Source: an uncultured virus (IMG/VR IMGVR_UViG_3300033992_000883) (Duplodnaviria > Heunggongvirae > Uroviricota > Caudoviricetes). Taken from it: a DNA stretch of 64,000 nt. The stretch lies in the IMG/VR virus record IMGVR_UViG_3300033992_000883; one strand, written 5' to 3'. Under the pieces are notes generated by a model that was not told the DNA's origin, made no database searches, and saw nothing but the letters and a program-made list of their open reading frames with translations. Positions within the stretch are counted from its first letter, which is position 1, and each line of letters starts with the position of its first letter. Both the position numbers and the translations under genes were made by a program. Below are positions 49,797 to 60,327 of this stretch, one piece after another.

Positions 49797-51416
49797 TTAG
49801 AATGATCCTCCTGTAACAGGGTTTCTCATAACAATCTTAAGGACTTTAGTTGGATCCTTAACCCAGATAGCTGGCATGGTTTGAGACATCATAACTCGGT
49901 ACCCATTGAATTGTCCAGAAGACTGGAATCCTTGTGTACGTCCCATGTAGTCCATAGTACCATTTTGATACCACCATTTCAATTGATTATCCCAAGACAA
50001 TTTCAACAAGAAGATGTTGTCATTTGTATTGTCAGTGATATCAAAAATAATGAATGAGTAAGAAGATAATGGGAAACCATCAATGATTGGGTTCTCAATA
50101 TCATTTGTATGGATGTTGTCAAATGCAGGGTTCAATACAAACTTAACATTTGCCAAGAAAGGAATTACATATGAAGTGTAAGCAAATCCAAAGTTCAAGT
50201 CCATACCTTTACCAGTGATTGCACCGATATCAGCAGCCTGAATCAATAGACCAGAAGCAACAGCTTCTCTTTTGATAGCTTCATTTACCATTCTCATTCC
50301 ACCCATACCTGTTTGTACAACTAAGCTACGTTTTGGATCTGGACCTTGGAATTCAACTTTACCATTGAAGAAGTTGTAGATCTCTCCACGGAATAAATCC
50401 AATGTAAAGTTATTTTTGTTGTATACTCTTTTGAATGAGTTATCTAACTGTCTCCAAAGACCCACAGATAATCTAATATCATCTGGACCATCTTGACGTA
50501 CTCTACCTCCTTGTCCCCACATTAAATAAGTCTCAATGTCAGTTGCAATTTTAGAAAGGTGAGCTGCTTCCATTTGAGTTAAGAAAGTTCTTGATAAATC
50601 ACCATTATCAAATGCTCTTTTAACTTTGTCTTTACCCATTACCTTAATCATATCTTCTAATGAAGCTACAGAAGGATCTTGAATAGACTTGTCAAATGTT
50701 CTCCAGATCTCAGTTACAGGAACTGTACCATCTGCATTCATTCCACCTTTAATCATCAAGTCAGCACGAGATGAGATAGAATAGTGAACATGAGCTTCAG
50801 CACCACCAACAAAGTTGTAGAACTCACGGAATGAAGTTCTTGTTGTGATGTCAGAAAATCTTTCACCATATTCTCCTCTAGCAGAACCTTTACGGAAAAC
50901 TTTAGTACCATTAGTTAAGTACTTGTTATCCAAATATTTGAAGTTATCATTGTTTACCAATTGAACTGTGTAAACATAACCATCACCTAATGGAAGAATA
51001 TCTTCATCTGTAATGTACATCTCAACTCCGTTGTATTTGTCATAAGTGATGATATCACCATGTCCAAATTCACGTCTGTTAAGTTTAATTCTAAATGTAG
51101 AACCATCAGTACCTTTGAATGCAGTGTTTGGCTCAATGTCTTCAACAATGTAAGGAAGATCAATAGAGACAGGAGTCTGCCATCTATACTCTCCACGAGC
51201 ATTATCTACTTGAATTACATTTTTGCCACCAAAGCTTGACATTTGGTAAAGAGGCATTTCTACTTTTTGAGCCATAGCCCAAAGGTCTACTGGACCTAAA
51301 TCCATAGGCTCAGCATCCTTCAGCATGTTCACCAAGTGGTAAGAATCCACATGAGAACTTGCTTGATAAGCGGTATCCCGGAGGAATATCCCATTGTTTA
51401 AAACTGGAGTTGCCAT
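49797..51416 (-). CDS. Major capsid protein (539 aa)
   Basis: Follows portal and scaffold genes; crAss-type size; FVLNPAFD, IWVKDPTK motifs; strong terminator; codon usage of a highly expressed gene. Confidence 0.85.
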   Translation of the reverse strand: MATPVLNNGIFLRDTAYQASSHVDSYHLVNMLKDAEPMDLGPVDLWAMAQKVEMPLYQMSSFGGKNVIQVDNARGEYRWQTPVSIDLPYIVEDIEPNTAFKGTDGSTFRIKLNRREFGHGDIITYDKYNGVEMYITDEDILPLGDGYVYTVQLVNNDNFKYLDNKYLTNGTKVFRKGSARGEYGERFSDITTRTSFREFYNFVGGAEAHVHYSISSRADLMIKGGMNADGTVPVTEIWRTFDKSIQDPSVASLEDMIKVMGKDKVKRAFDNGDLSRTFLTQMEAAHLSKIATDIETYLMWGQGGRVRQDGPDDIRLSVGLWRQLDNSFKRVYNKNNFTLDLFRGEIYNFFNGKVEFQGPDPKRSLVVQTGMGGMRMVNEAIKREAVASGLLIQAADIGAITGKGMDLNFGFAYTSYVIPFLANVKFVLNPAFDNIHTNDIENPIIDGFPLSSYSFIIFDITDNTNDNIFLLKLSWDNQLKWWYQNGTMDYMGRTQGFQSSGQFNGYRVMMSQTMPAIWVKDPTKVLKIVMRNPVTGGSF

Positions 51417-51444
51417 TTTTTATTTGTTTTTAAATTGTTACTAA

Positions 51445-52704
51445 TTAAAACCGTTTAAACATATTGTTTTGACGGCTGATTGTTCTTGTTGCTTTAGAAT
51501 AAGGCTTTGGCCTTTCTTCTTGTTCAACACCATTTGAAGAAGTATTTTTTCTACTTTCTTCAGTTTTTAATTGCCTTACTGTTTTTTCTACAGCTTGTCT
51601 ACTACCTTGATCTTTGATTTTAGATCTGTATCCATCTGGATCAGAAAGTAACCAAAGAGCTTCAGCAATAAGATCATGTCTTGGCTCTACAAACTGATAC
51701 TTCTCTAACAAGTGTCCAAGTAAGTTTGTAGGTCTACCTGAAATAGAAGGATAATTAGGTTGCACTAATCCAGAGTATAATGCACTTTGAACTTTTCTAT
51801 CTAGTCTAACACCACCTAATTCACCAACTGAAAGTGTATTATAAACATTATCTTGATAAGCTCTAGCTTGTTCAGCTTGTTGTTGTTTTTTATACTCTTG
51901 TTCTGCAAGTTGTCTATTCACTATACTCTCTTGCATTTTATCTAACTTTGGTTTAAACTGTTGAGCCTTTTGTTGTAGTCTACCTAGTTGGTTCCAGTCT
52001 TCAATTTCTTCTTCAATTTCTTCTGGAGTTCCAAAGTTAGTTGCGTATAAATACTGTCTTGCTATTTCAGCTTGATCATACTCATTAGAGGGATCTAATT
52101 CTCTCATCTCTTCTACCTGTGCAAGAGTTCTAAATAGACCTTTAAGGTCTTGTCCTCCATCAGCTACATATTTTGCAGCATATTGTAGTTCTTCAGGAAG
52201 TGATTGGAAAAATTCTCTTGGAGTATTCTCTCTAATTCTTGCTTCTCTATCTTGGAAGTTAGCTTCAAATAACTCTCTGAAATCTTTAGTAGTATATTCT
52301 TCTAAAGGTTTCTCATCATCAAAAGGCATTAGAGTTCCTTCCTCAATCATTTTACTTGCAAGTTCAGCAAGACCAGATTTATCAACCTTTGGTCTTCCTT
52401 TATTACCAGCTTCTTCTTCTTGAGAGATAAGTTCATTAAGTTCATTAATGGTCTCTTCTACTTCAATCTTCTTTTCTGCAGCTTCCTGTTTTTCTTCAGC
52501 AGTTGTTGCAGGATTATCAAAGAACGTCATATCTGTTTTCTCCGCAGTAAAAACAGATTTTTTTTCTGGTTCTTTTTGATCATCTGGTAACATGATGTTT
52601 TCAGCACCAGGTACACCAAAAAGAGAATCAATATCTACATCTACTTGTTCTACCGTTGTAGAATCTTGCACCTGATCATCAGGTTTGTTGTTGGTTGTTT
52701 CCAT
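51445..52704 (-). CDS. Acidic putative scaffold/head assembly protein (419 aa)
   Basis: Acidic, helical, located between portal and major capsid genes. Confidence 0.65.
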   Translation of the reverse strand: METTNNKPDDQVQDSTTVEQVDVDIDSLFGVPGAENIMLPDDQKEPEKKSVFTAEKTDMTFFDNPATTAEEKQEAAEKKIEVEETINELNELISQEEEAGNKGRPKVDKSGLAELASKMIEEGTLMPFDDEKPLEEYTTKDFRELFEANFQDREARIRENTPREFFQSLPEELQYAAKYVADGGQDLKGLFRTLAQVEEMRELDPSNEYDQAEIARQYLYATNFGTPEEIEEEIEDWNQLGRLQQKAQQFKPKLDKMQESIVNRQLAEQEYKKQQQAEQARAYQDNVYNTLSVGELGGVRLDRKVQSALYSGLVQPNYPSISGRPTNLLGHLLEKYQFVEPRHDLIAEALWLLSDPDGYRSKIKDQGSRQAVEKTVRQLKTEESRKNTSSNGVEQEERPKPYSKATRTISRQNNMFKRF

Positions 52705-52727
52705 GTTGTTGGTTTTATGTTATACTT

Positions 52728-52739
52728 TAATATACAAAA
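52728..52739 (-). promoter_or_regulatory. GTATATTA promoter-like motif
   Basis: TTTTGTATATTA upstream of the scaffold and capsid genes. Confidence 0.6.
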
Positions 52740-52794
52740 TAAACTTGGAAAATTTAAAAGCTAAAAAAAAATTTTTTGCACTATATAGCTAAAC

Positions 52795-55545
52795 CTATTT
52801 TTTCTTTTTATCAGAAGATTTAGAATCATACTTATTTTTATTAACTCTTGCTATTTCTAACTGTTTATTTGCAATATCTTGTTGTGCTTGTAATTTTTGT
52901 TGTTCAATACTCATTTTTTGTGAATGCATTACCATATTGTCACTTTGCTTTTGTCTCTGGATATTAGTTTGATCTCTATACTGTTCAGTTTCTCTAATTT
53001 CTTTCATAGCATCTTTAAAGTCAGATTCTTGATTTTGATTAACATCAGCCATAGATCCATATCCAGCAGCTCTAATTTCAGCTACAGTAATATCTTTCTG
53101 AATCATCTTATCATCTCTAGCAGCAGCTGCATCAATTTCCATTTGTTTTTGTTTCTCTTGAGAAGCCAACTGTTCTTGTTGCATTTGCTGTTGTTGTTGC
53201 ATTTCTTGTTGTTTCTGATCTTGTAATCTTTTCTCAGACATTTTAAGAACTGTATTAAGTTCAGAAATTGATTCTGATTGTACAATTTTACCAAGATCAT
53301 AAACAGAGGCACCTGTAGTATTATTTTGCATAGCCATTTGTTTAAGTTGTTCAAGAACAGCTCTATGGTTTGCAGTTGTACTACAGAATATATTTAAGTC
53401 TCTCATTAAAAGATCAGTGCCATCTACTTGGAATGTTACTTTTTCATCAGCTTCAGTAATATATGTAAGTCTTGTTGATGGTTTTGTACTATGATAATAC
53501 TGTGCTAAGTCAGTTCTCATTTGGTGAACTCTTGGCATTAAGTAATCACAGTGCTGCATGAAGTAAGTTTCTGTTTGTGCATATGAAGCTGCAGTAGCTT
53601 GTTCTACTCCAGTTGCAGTCATTTGAGCTATCTGCTGTCCCATTCTTTGGGGACTAACACCTATTACTTCATAAGCTTGTTGCTTAAAGTGGTTAGCTAA
53701 CTGTATCCTTGACATTAATCTCTCTGTCTGAGATAGATCTAGTTTTTGGAAATGTTGGAAGTTTAATGCATTCTCTGTATTTGTGATAGATGTATCTAGA
53801 GGAAGCATCTGGAAGTTCTTCATTGCTACATAAGCTTTAGCCAAATTACCTTTACCCCAATCTTCTCCTAATGAGTGTCTTGGTAAAGTATTCTGGTCAA
53901 GCATGATGATAGTACCTAATTCATCTACTAAGATATCTGCTATTTGATTATTAACTATGTTATAACCAATCTGGTATGGTTTCATTAAGTCAATAAGTGC
54001 AGTAGACTTAGTATTTCTATCTGAGAAAACAGATCCTTCTACTGGAAGTTTACAACCATATAAACTATTGTCACCTTTAAACTGAAATTTAACAGGTCCT
54101 ATATTATGTCTATTCACTCCAATATAAATAGGTGTAAAACCACCCGGATTATTCATACCCCAGAATGAAGGAATATTAGGTCCAATTTTAATTCCACCCC
54201 AGGTTTCATTAATCCAAATCCAATCTATATGTTCTCCATAAATTAGATTATCTCTACTCTTGTTTTTAAAGAGTCTAGTATCATATATTGGTTTATCTGT
54301 AACTGTATAATCTTCACTAATAATTTCAGTTAACACTTCACCTGTTTCTGTTACTTTAGTTAGATGACCTACTTTTTTCTGTGACTTCCAATAAGCTTGA
54401 GTTACTCTAAGTAGATAAGCAGTACCCTGGTCATAATAGTCTTCTCCCTCAGACATTATTTGAGTAATAATATCAGAACCATCAAGAACATTACCCGCCA
54501 TAAAAGATGTATACTGTCTATATGCAAGTGATGGCATATTAGTATTCCAGTCATGAGGTTTGGTACCATCATAGAAAGCACCATCATTTTGTAGACCTCC
54601 TATATTATAAACTGCAGATCTAATTGGATATATAGCTTCTAATGCGGCTAATTCATCTTCACTCATTAAATAACCAAATCTATCAATTACATCTGAAGGA
54701 GTAAACATTTCAGTTTTACCTACCCAGTTAGCTTGTGATACATATCTTATATCTGGTGACTTATGATAAAATGTAAGAACCGGATTCCAAAGTTCTACTT
54801 CATAATCATCTTCCATCATTCTAAAATGCCAGAACTCTCTATCAGTAATAAGCATATCTCTAAATGCTCTTTCCTCAAGTTCATCCATTTTAAATCTTTC
54901 AACATCAACTTTATGTTGATGACTAGCCCATTGTTCAATTATTGATCTATAGTCTTTTTGAAAAAACTTTTCAATCTCAGGTAATGATTTAACTTTATCA
55001 GGAGCAATTTGTTCTTGTGCTTCTGGTGAATTTGGATCTAAACCTTGTTGAATTAATGCGGATATAATTTTTGTTTGTGCATCTGACATTAATGTTTCTT
55101 CAATCATTGCTCTTTTTTGTTCAAGCATTTCATTATAAGAAATATCATCAACAGCTCTATAACTTAATTTAGTTGATCTTTTAGCAAATTCAGCTACCAG
55201 AACATTAATAACATTTGGAATGATTGGATAAAACTTTAATTCTAAGGCAGAAGAATCTTCTTTAGTAAGAAGTTCAATTATATCTCTATACTCATTATCT
55301 TCTTCAACTATATAATCTGTTCTATCAATTATACCTTTAGCTAGTTTATAATTTTTCATTAGTCTTCTAGCATTTCTACGGATTTGTTTTAATCCTTGCC
55401 ATTCTAACCAATCAAGATTCCAAGCTGCCCATTGATCATCCTTATCTTTTTTAGGTATGAACTGTAGAGGCTGTGTCACACTACCTAGACGGTTATGATC
55501 TACTTTGGCCCCTTTTTTTATTTGCATTGCATTATATACCTGCAT
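52795..55545 (-). CDS. Portal protein (916 aa)
   Basis: Follows TerL; YPIIPNVINVLVAE, LIDLMKPYQIGYN, IGVSPQRMGQ motifs; Q-rich coiled-coil C-terminus. Confidence 0.88.
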   Translation of the reverse strand: MQVYNAMQIKKGAKVDHNRLGSVTQPLQFIPKKDKDDQWAAWNLDWLEWQGLKQIRRNARRLMKNYKLAKGIIDRTDYIVEEDNEYRDIIELLTKEDSSALELKFYPIIPNVINVLVAEFAKRSTKLSYRAVDDISYNEMLEQKRAMIEETLMSDAQTKIISALIQQGLDPNSPEAQEQIAPDKVKSLPEIEKFFQKDYRSIIEQWASHQHKVDVERFKMDELEERAFRDMLITDREFWHFRMMEDDYEVELWNPVLTFYHKSPDIRYVSQANWVGKTEMFTPSDVIDRFGYLMSEDELAALEAIYPIRSAVYNIGGLQNDGAFYDGTKPHDWNTNMPSLAYRQYTSFMAGNVLDGSDIITQIMSEGEDYYDQGTAYLLRVTQAYWKSQKKVGHLTKVTETGEVLTEIISEDYTVTDKPIYDTRLFKNKSRDNLIYGEHIDWIWINETWGGIKIGPNIPSFWGMNNPGGFTPIYIGVNRHNIGPVKFQFKGDNSLYGCKLPVEGSVFSDRNTKSTALIDLMKPYQIGYNIVNNQIADILVDELGTIIMLDQNTLPRHSLGEDWGKGNLAKAYVAMKNFQMLPLDTSITNTENALNFQHFQKLDLSQTERLMSRIQLANHFKQQAYEVIGVSPQRMGQQIAQMTATGVEQATAASYAQTETYFMQHCDYLMPRVHQMRTDLAQYYHSTKPSTRLTYITEADEKVTFQVDGTDLLMRDLNIFCSTTANHRAVLEQLKQMAMQNNTTGASVYDLGKIVQSESISELNTVLKMSEKRLQDQKQQEMQQQQQMQQEQLASQEKQKQMEIDAAAARDDKMIQKDITVAEIRAAGYGSMADVNQNQESDFKDAMKEIRETEQYRDQTNIQRQKQSDNMVMHSQKMSIEQQKLQAQQDIANKQLEIARVNKNKYDSKSSDKKKK

Positions 55546-55550
55546 AACTT

Positions 55551-57755
55551 TTATTTAATATTTTTGAAAGGTGATCTTTTAAAATTTTGATTATTAAAAG
55601 ATGCACCCTTACCCATGTTACGGAAAAGACTCTTATTTAATTTAAACAAATTTTCTGACTTTTGCAAGTTTTTAGCTACATCATCTAATATTGTTCTTTT
55701 ATTATAACCTCTATTAGACTGTTGAATTTTCATAAAAGCTACAAGTGCAGCAAAAGAAACTAATCTATCCACATTGACTCCTGGTGAATATTCTCTCATT
55801 TCTTTGATCAACATTGGATCTGGAATTCTTTCTATACCATATGTTGTTCTTACAACTGTACCATCTGTTTTTAACTCTTGATCTAATTCTTCTTTAGTAA
55901 ACTCTATAGCATAACTAAGAAGATGTGCTTTAAATAGTGTACCTGTATTTTTCCAACCATATTCCTGAAATACATTAGCATTAGATCCAAGATCTTTTAA
56001 GAACATGATCTGACTTTTGGGTACTAAATATTTTTGTTTTCTTCTTTGGATCATATATTGGATAAACAAAGAAATATTATTTTCTACTAGTGTCCATGCA
56101 TTATAAATTTCAATAAGGAACTCTAGTTGTTTATGTGTTTGATTTATATCATCATATCTACCACACCAAGCAGCTACTATTTTACCTTGTTCTACATAGG
56201 TTTCTGTTTCTGTTCCTGTAACTTTAGTAACTTCAGTAGGTGCTTTCATTATGTAGATAGAACATAGAGATTCTGAAGTTGTAGTTTTACCTTCACCTAC
56301 CGGGTCAATAGAAGCATAATAATATCCAAATTCTGGATTATCTATTGGTCTTTCCCAAACCACAATACAACCGGTTTTATCTTCGGTTTTTTTGTTTATT
56401 GGAAATTCCATTATTGGCCTTTTATTACTTTTAATAAAACTTGGTTTTCCTTCAGCATCAGTAGATATATCTAAATATTCATAACCATACTCCTTATCTT
56501 CTATTCTTCTTTCTTGAGCAGTAAGAAGATGTGGAGGAAATACAGATACTGTTCTGTGTGCAAATGCTTCTTTAATATTTCTTGGATGCTGTGATATTCT
56601 GAGCTGATACTCTTCTGGAGCTAACTCTTCTTTCCACTGTTTAAATTGTTTTTCTAATGCTTCTAATGCATCTTCTACAAGTGAATTACCATAATCATCT
56701 ATATAGGGCGGCATAGACCATTGTTCAGGAATAAATAAACCTGATAAACCTGCAGTACCTTTATCATCTATAAGATCAGTTTCCACTGCATAGATATCTT
56801 TAGCTGTAGGATTCATGATCATATCCTTAAGAGGAAGACATTGTGATAAATCACCTACAGATCCTGCAGCTATAAACATACCTGTTGTGATCATACCAGA
56901 TCTCATGGCCGGGCGCATGTACTCATATGTCTGATCCATCTTAGGAGCAATTCCGGCCTCCTCATGAAAGAAGTATTTAACCGGACCCCCTACACCATTT
57001 GTTGGATCTTTCTCAAATGACATACCTTGTATTGTACCTTTGAGACCAACTTCTGTATTTCTATCTCCTCTTCTTACTTGGATCTTTTGTTGCCACATCA
57101 TTACTTTGTCTGGTGACATAGGTCTATACCATGCTGTATGCTCATTTAAGAATGCTGCATATTCTTGTAAGAATTTCCAGGATCCTTTCTCATTGATATA
57201 ATCTTTAAGACTAGCTCCCATCTTTAAAGTAACCCCTGCCTCAAACCATTGCTGATTTATAAACTTACCCATATGATAATAAGAAGAAGCTATCTGCCGT
57301 TTCTTTAAAATGGCTGCATGTTTATAGTTTAGCTCTGCAAGAAGTTCATAAAGAGCTAAGTGATACTGAGCATCTCTGATTTTAGCAAAACCAAATTTTT
57401 GTTCTTCCTTATCAAAGATAGGTAGGAAGTTTAACCACATATAGTATTCTCTTGCAAGAAACCATGTATCATCACCATCTTTAACTATGATACCTTTGCG
57501 GCATTTAATCTTTTGCTCATCCCAATAATTTATAAAGTCTTTGGATTTAAAGGGAGCTGTACAATATACTCCATCTTTTTTAAATTTTTCTGACTCTGAA
57601 ATAAATATTTTATTGGTTGTTTCATTAAAATTATATTTTCCAGGTTCTTTAAATAAATCTCTGATGAATACACTGAAGTCATCTCTGGATTTAAAACTTG
57701 TGGTTGTCCAGTTTCCGTTGTCATAGGTTGGTATGTCTTGATAAATTTCACTCAT
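55551..57755 (-). CDS. terL: Terminase large subunit
   Basis: LKKRQIASSY (Walker A-like), FFHEEAG (Walker B), SIDPVGEG and NVDRLVS (RNase H-like nuclease). Confidence 0.92.
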   Translation of the reverse strand: MSEIYQDIPTYDNGNWTTTSFKSRDDFSVFIRDLFKEPGKYNFNETTNKIFISESEKFKKDGVYCTAPFKSKDFINYWDEQKIKCRKGIIVKDGDDTWFLAREYYMWLNFLPIFDKEEQKFGFAKIRDAQYHLALYELLAELNYKHAAILKKRQIASSYYHMGKFINQQWFEAGVTLKMGASLKDYINEKGSWKFLQEYAAFLNEHTAWYRPMSPDKVMMWQQKIQVRRGDRNTEVGLKGTIQGMSFEKDPTNGVGGPVKYFFHEEAGIAPKMDQTYEYMRPAMRSGMITTGMFIAAGSVGDLSQCLPLKDMIMNPTAKDIYAVETDLIDDKGTAGLSGLFIPEQWSMPPYIDDYGNSLVEDALEALEKQFKQWKEELAPEEYQLRISQHPRNIKEAFAHRTVSVFPPHLLTAQERRIEDKEYGYEYLDISTDAEGKPSFIKSNKRPIMEFPINKKTEDKTGCIVVWERPIDNPEFGYYYASIDPVGEGKTTTSESLCSIYIMKAPTEVTKVTGTETETYVEQGKIVAAWCGRYDDINQTHKQLEFLIEIYNAWTLVENNISLFIQYMIQRRKQKYLVPKSQIMFLKDLGSNANVFQEYGWKNTGTLFKAHLLSYAIEFTKEELDQELKTDGTVVRTTYGIERIPDPMLIKEMREYSPGVNVDRLVSFAALVAFMKIQQSNRGYNKRTILDDVAKNLQKSENLFKLNKSLFRNMGKGASFNNQNFKRSPFKNIK

Positions 57756-58270
57756 TACATGTCATATGCTAATCCTTGGCCACCTCTTACTCTACTTGAT
57801 TGTTCTTCTTGAAGATCCTTATAAGCACCTTTAAATGATTGTCTTATTGCCTCATAGTTTTTAGCTGCAGCAATAAGTGAATTAAAGTTACCATCCCTAC
57901 CATGGGTAATTGGTGTATGTTCCATATATCTTCCTAATCTATCTAACATGGAAGCAATACCTTTATATGCTCTTGATGTAGGAGTCTCATACATTCTTTG
58001 ACAAAACTGTAAAGCTATAAAGATTGTTTCATCCTCGGTAGAAAAATCTGCATCAATCTGTTCTAGTATTATATGTTCTTTGTCTACATCCGGTGTAAAG
58101 AAAAAAGGATTAAGGTCCGGATTAGGACATGCCATGTAAAATAAATAAAGATAAATCTTTAAATAATCTTCTGGATATTCATCCATAACATCTTTCAAAG
58201 CTTTTAATGTATAACAATGTTCAGTAGGTATTACTACTCCATTCTGAACATCAAATAGTTTTGTAAACAT
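57755..58270 (-). CDS. Conserved protein upstream of TerL, possible small terminase (171 aa)
   Basis: Position and helical C-terminus ending RVRGG. Confidence 0.5.
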   Translation of the reverse strand: MFTKLFDVQNGVVIPTEHCYTLKALKDVMDEYPEDYLKIYLYLFYMACPNPDLNPFFFTPDVDKEHIILEQIDADFSTEDETIFIALQFCQRMYETPTSRAYKGIASMLDRLGRYMEHTPITHGRDGNFNSLIAAAKNYEAIRQSFKGAYKDLQEEQSSRVRGGQGLAYDM

Positions 58271-59100
58271 TATTTCTTTTTAATTTTAGATTTGTTATCA
58301 TAAAGATAATGAATTATTGCTTGTACTTCATCTATTAAATATGGTATTGCAATTGGTATGACTTCTTTTACAACAGGTTCCCCATTTTCATCTAACTTGG
58401 TTATTGGATAGCCCCAGTTATCTTCTCTTTCTACTTGAAAGATTATATGATGAATAAATATTTTTCCCGGTTTTAGTTTAGGATTATGCTTCAATATAAT
58501 GTACATATAAACACTCAATTGTAAAGCATAGTGATAAAAATTACAATCTTCAAGATTATCTACTGGTGGTAACATCATTTCTGATTTACCTTCCCAATCT
58601 ACATATGATTCTGTATCAATTTTTTTATTAGTCTTGTAGTCAATGATATTTACTTTACCATTGACTACTTCAACTAAATCTGATTGTCCACAGATACCTA
58701 TTGATCTGAGATAAACCATATGTTCTGGATACACGCCTGGTTCTAGTTTTTGTGATGGTGCAATTTTGTCACCTTCTTTAAGTTCAGTTGGTTTAAATAC
58801 AGGTACTGTAACACCTTCTCTTTCCATTGATGCTAAAGAACAGATATCATCTTCTCTTTGGTTATGATACCATGTCCCTAGTGTAGTAGATCTGTCAGCT
58901 TCATTTGTCCAGATTTGTTGGATAATTACTGGATCAATACCATACCATTTTGATCTTTTACTTTTACTAACTCTTTCAGCAACTTTCTTTGCATCAAAAG
59001 GTTTCTTAAAATGTGAAACAAGTGTAGTTACACTTATCCAATCAATAGCTTCTCCATCAATACTGGTATAACTATGATTATCTGCATTAAATTTTATCAT
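58270..59100 (-). CDS. PD-(D/E)XK nuclease
   Basis: SVTTLV..GTWYH..GQSDLV..IIDYKTN..YALQLSVY. Confidence 0.85.
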   Translation of the reverse strand: MIKFNADNHSYTSIDGEAIDWISVTTLVSHFKKPFDAKKVAERVSKSKRSKWYGIDPVIIQQIWTNEADRSTTLGTWYHNQREDDICSLASMEREGVTVPVFKPTELKEGDKIAPSQKLEPGVYPEHMVYLRSIGICGQSDLVEVVNGKVNIIDYKTNKKIDTESYVDWEGKSEMMLPPVDNLEDCNFYHYALQLSVYMYIILKHNPKLKPGKIFIHHIIFQVEREDNWGYPITKLDENGEPVVKEVIPIAIPYLIDEVQAIIHYLYDNKSKIKKK

Positions 59101-59360
59101 TTCTTTAATTGTTCTATAGCAAGTATTGCTATGTTAAAATTTTCTTTATCTGGTGATCTTAGCATTTCAATCAAACTCTTTGCTGTATCAGATTCAATCT
59201 TTTTCCTTTCTTCCATCCACTCAACAAATCCTACAGCATTTTCCATTGCCATTGCATGTGCAATATAATCTGCTCCTGCCGCACCCACTGTTATACTTAT
59301 ATTTCTTCCTTGTGAAGCTATACCATCAGTCATCAAGGATTCTAGTTCTACCCAATTCAT
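59097..59360 (-). CDS. Hypothetical protein (87 aa)
   Basis: Overlapping start/stop with neighbouring genes. Confidence 0.6.
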   Translation of the reverse strand: MNWVELESLMTDGIASQGRNISITVGAAGADYIAHAMAMENAVGFVEWMEERKKIESDTAKSLIEMLRSPDKENFNIAILAIEQLKK

Positions 59361-59668
59361 GCAGTTTCAATAATAGATTCTGCTAAAGTTCTAGATGCTT
59401 GATCTTCAGACATTATCATCTTTCTTAGATTACTTACTTCTTCTTTATCAAATTTTCCCTCAAGATGAAGTATTCTTAGCAACATAAGTTTTTGAGTTGT
59501 TTTCAAATTCTTAATCTCAGCACTCATATCACTAATTGGATCATATGCTGTAGTATTATAATTACCATTATTAGTTAAAGTTCCATAAGGTGTTGGCTGA
59601 GCATTAATAACTCTATTAGGGTCATTAACTAACATTCCAGCAGGGTATTTATTTGGATCTATGTACAT
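59357..59668 (-). CDS. Hypothetical protein (103 aa)
   Basis: Packed ORF. Confidence 0.6.
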   Translation of the reverse strand: MYIDPNKYPAGMLVNDPNRVINAQPTPYGTLTNNGNYNTTAYDPISDMSAEIKNLKTTQKLMLLRILHLEGKFDKEEVSNLRKMIMSEDQASRTLAESIIETA

Positions 59669-59672
59669 AGTA

Positions 59673-59972
59673 TTAATCTTTAAGGTTATCTAATTTATCT
59701 TCTTCTTCTTCAGTAGCTATTGCTTCCCATTTATCTAGTGGACATGATGATGATAGTGATCTGGTTTTAAAATTAAGTGAGCATCCACATTCATTGCAAC
59801 AAGGAGCAGTACCTTTTACAGCACATTTTCTACCTTTACTTGGACATTCTTCACAGATAGAATATCTCAATCTTGCTATTTCTTCTACAGTTTCATCCCG
59901 AATAACAGAATTTGTTATACCCTCAATTATCTGATTCCGGTTCTGCCAAATTAGTTTTAATGTATTTTTCAT
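59673..59972 (-). CDS. Cys-rich putative Zn-binding protein (DUF6171-like)
   Basis: RYSICEECP...CNECGCSL..KTRS...CPLDKW. Confidence 0.65.
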   Translation of the reverse strand: MKNTLKLIWQNRNQIIEGITNSVIRDETVEEIARLRYSICEECPSKGRKCAVKGTAPCCNECGCSLNFKTRSLSSSCPLDKWEAIATEEEEDKLDNLKD

Positions 59973-60327
59973 CTTTTTTCTTTTTAAAAATTTCTTTTTC
60001 TAAAGCATCTTCATCTATTTTTTGACTTAGCTTTTCAAGAGCTTCAACTTTATCTTCAAGCATTTTCTTATTATAATAAGCTTTGAATGTTGATGTGTCA
60101 TGTGACACTAATCCTTTTTTATACCGATCAATAGATTTTTTAACCATGCTTGGTCTTGCTTCAAATAAACCTAATCCTTCAACATTTATCCGAGGATGTT
60201 TTAAATTAGTTAGACTACTTCTTATCTCTTTATAAAAAGTTTGAATTAAATCTTCTACAAGTTCAACAGGAATGTTCATTTCCTCTGCTAATTCTCTATA
60301 GAGTAAGTTTGACTTTTTTGGTATCAT
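59923..60327 (-). CDS. HU/IHF-like DNA-binding protein
   Basis: LYRELAEEMNIP..LVEDLI...RINVEGLGLF. Confidence 0.7.
   Translation of the reverse strand: MIPKKSNLLYRELAEEMNIPVELVEDLIQTFYKEIRSSLTNLKHPRINVEGLGLFEARPSMVKKSIDRYKKGLVSHDTSTFKAYYNKKMLEDKVEALEKLSQKIDEDALEKEIFKKKKDEKYIKTNLAEPESDN

Noticed and set aside
49797..51416. Higher GC in the major capsid gene suggesting horizontal acquisition
   Set aside because: More simply explained by codon bias in a highly expressed gene; synteny is canonical.
55551..57755. Intein or group I intron in TerL or other core genes
   Set aside because: TerL, portal and capsid genes are uninterrupted and of ordinary size; no LAGLIDADG, HNH or intein splice motifs were seen.
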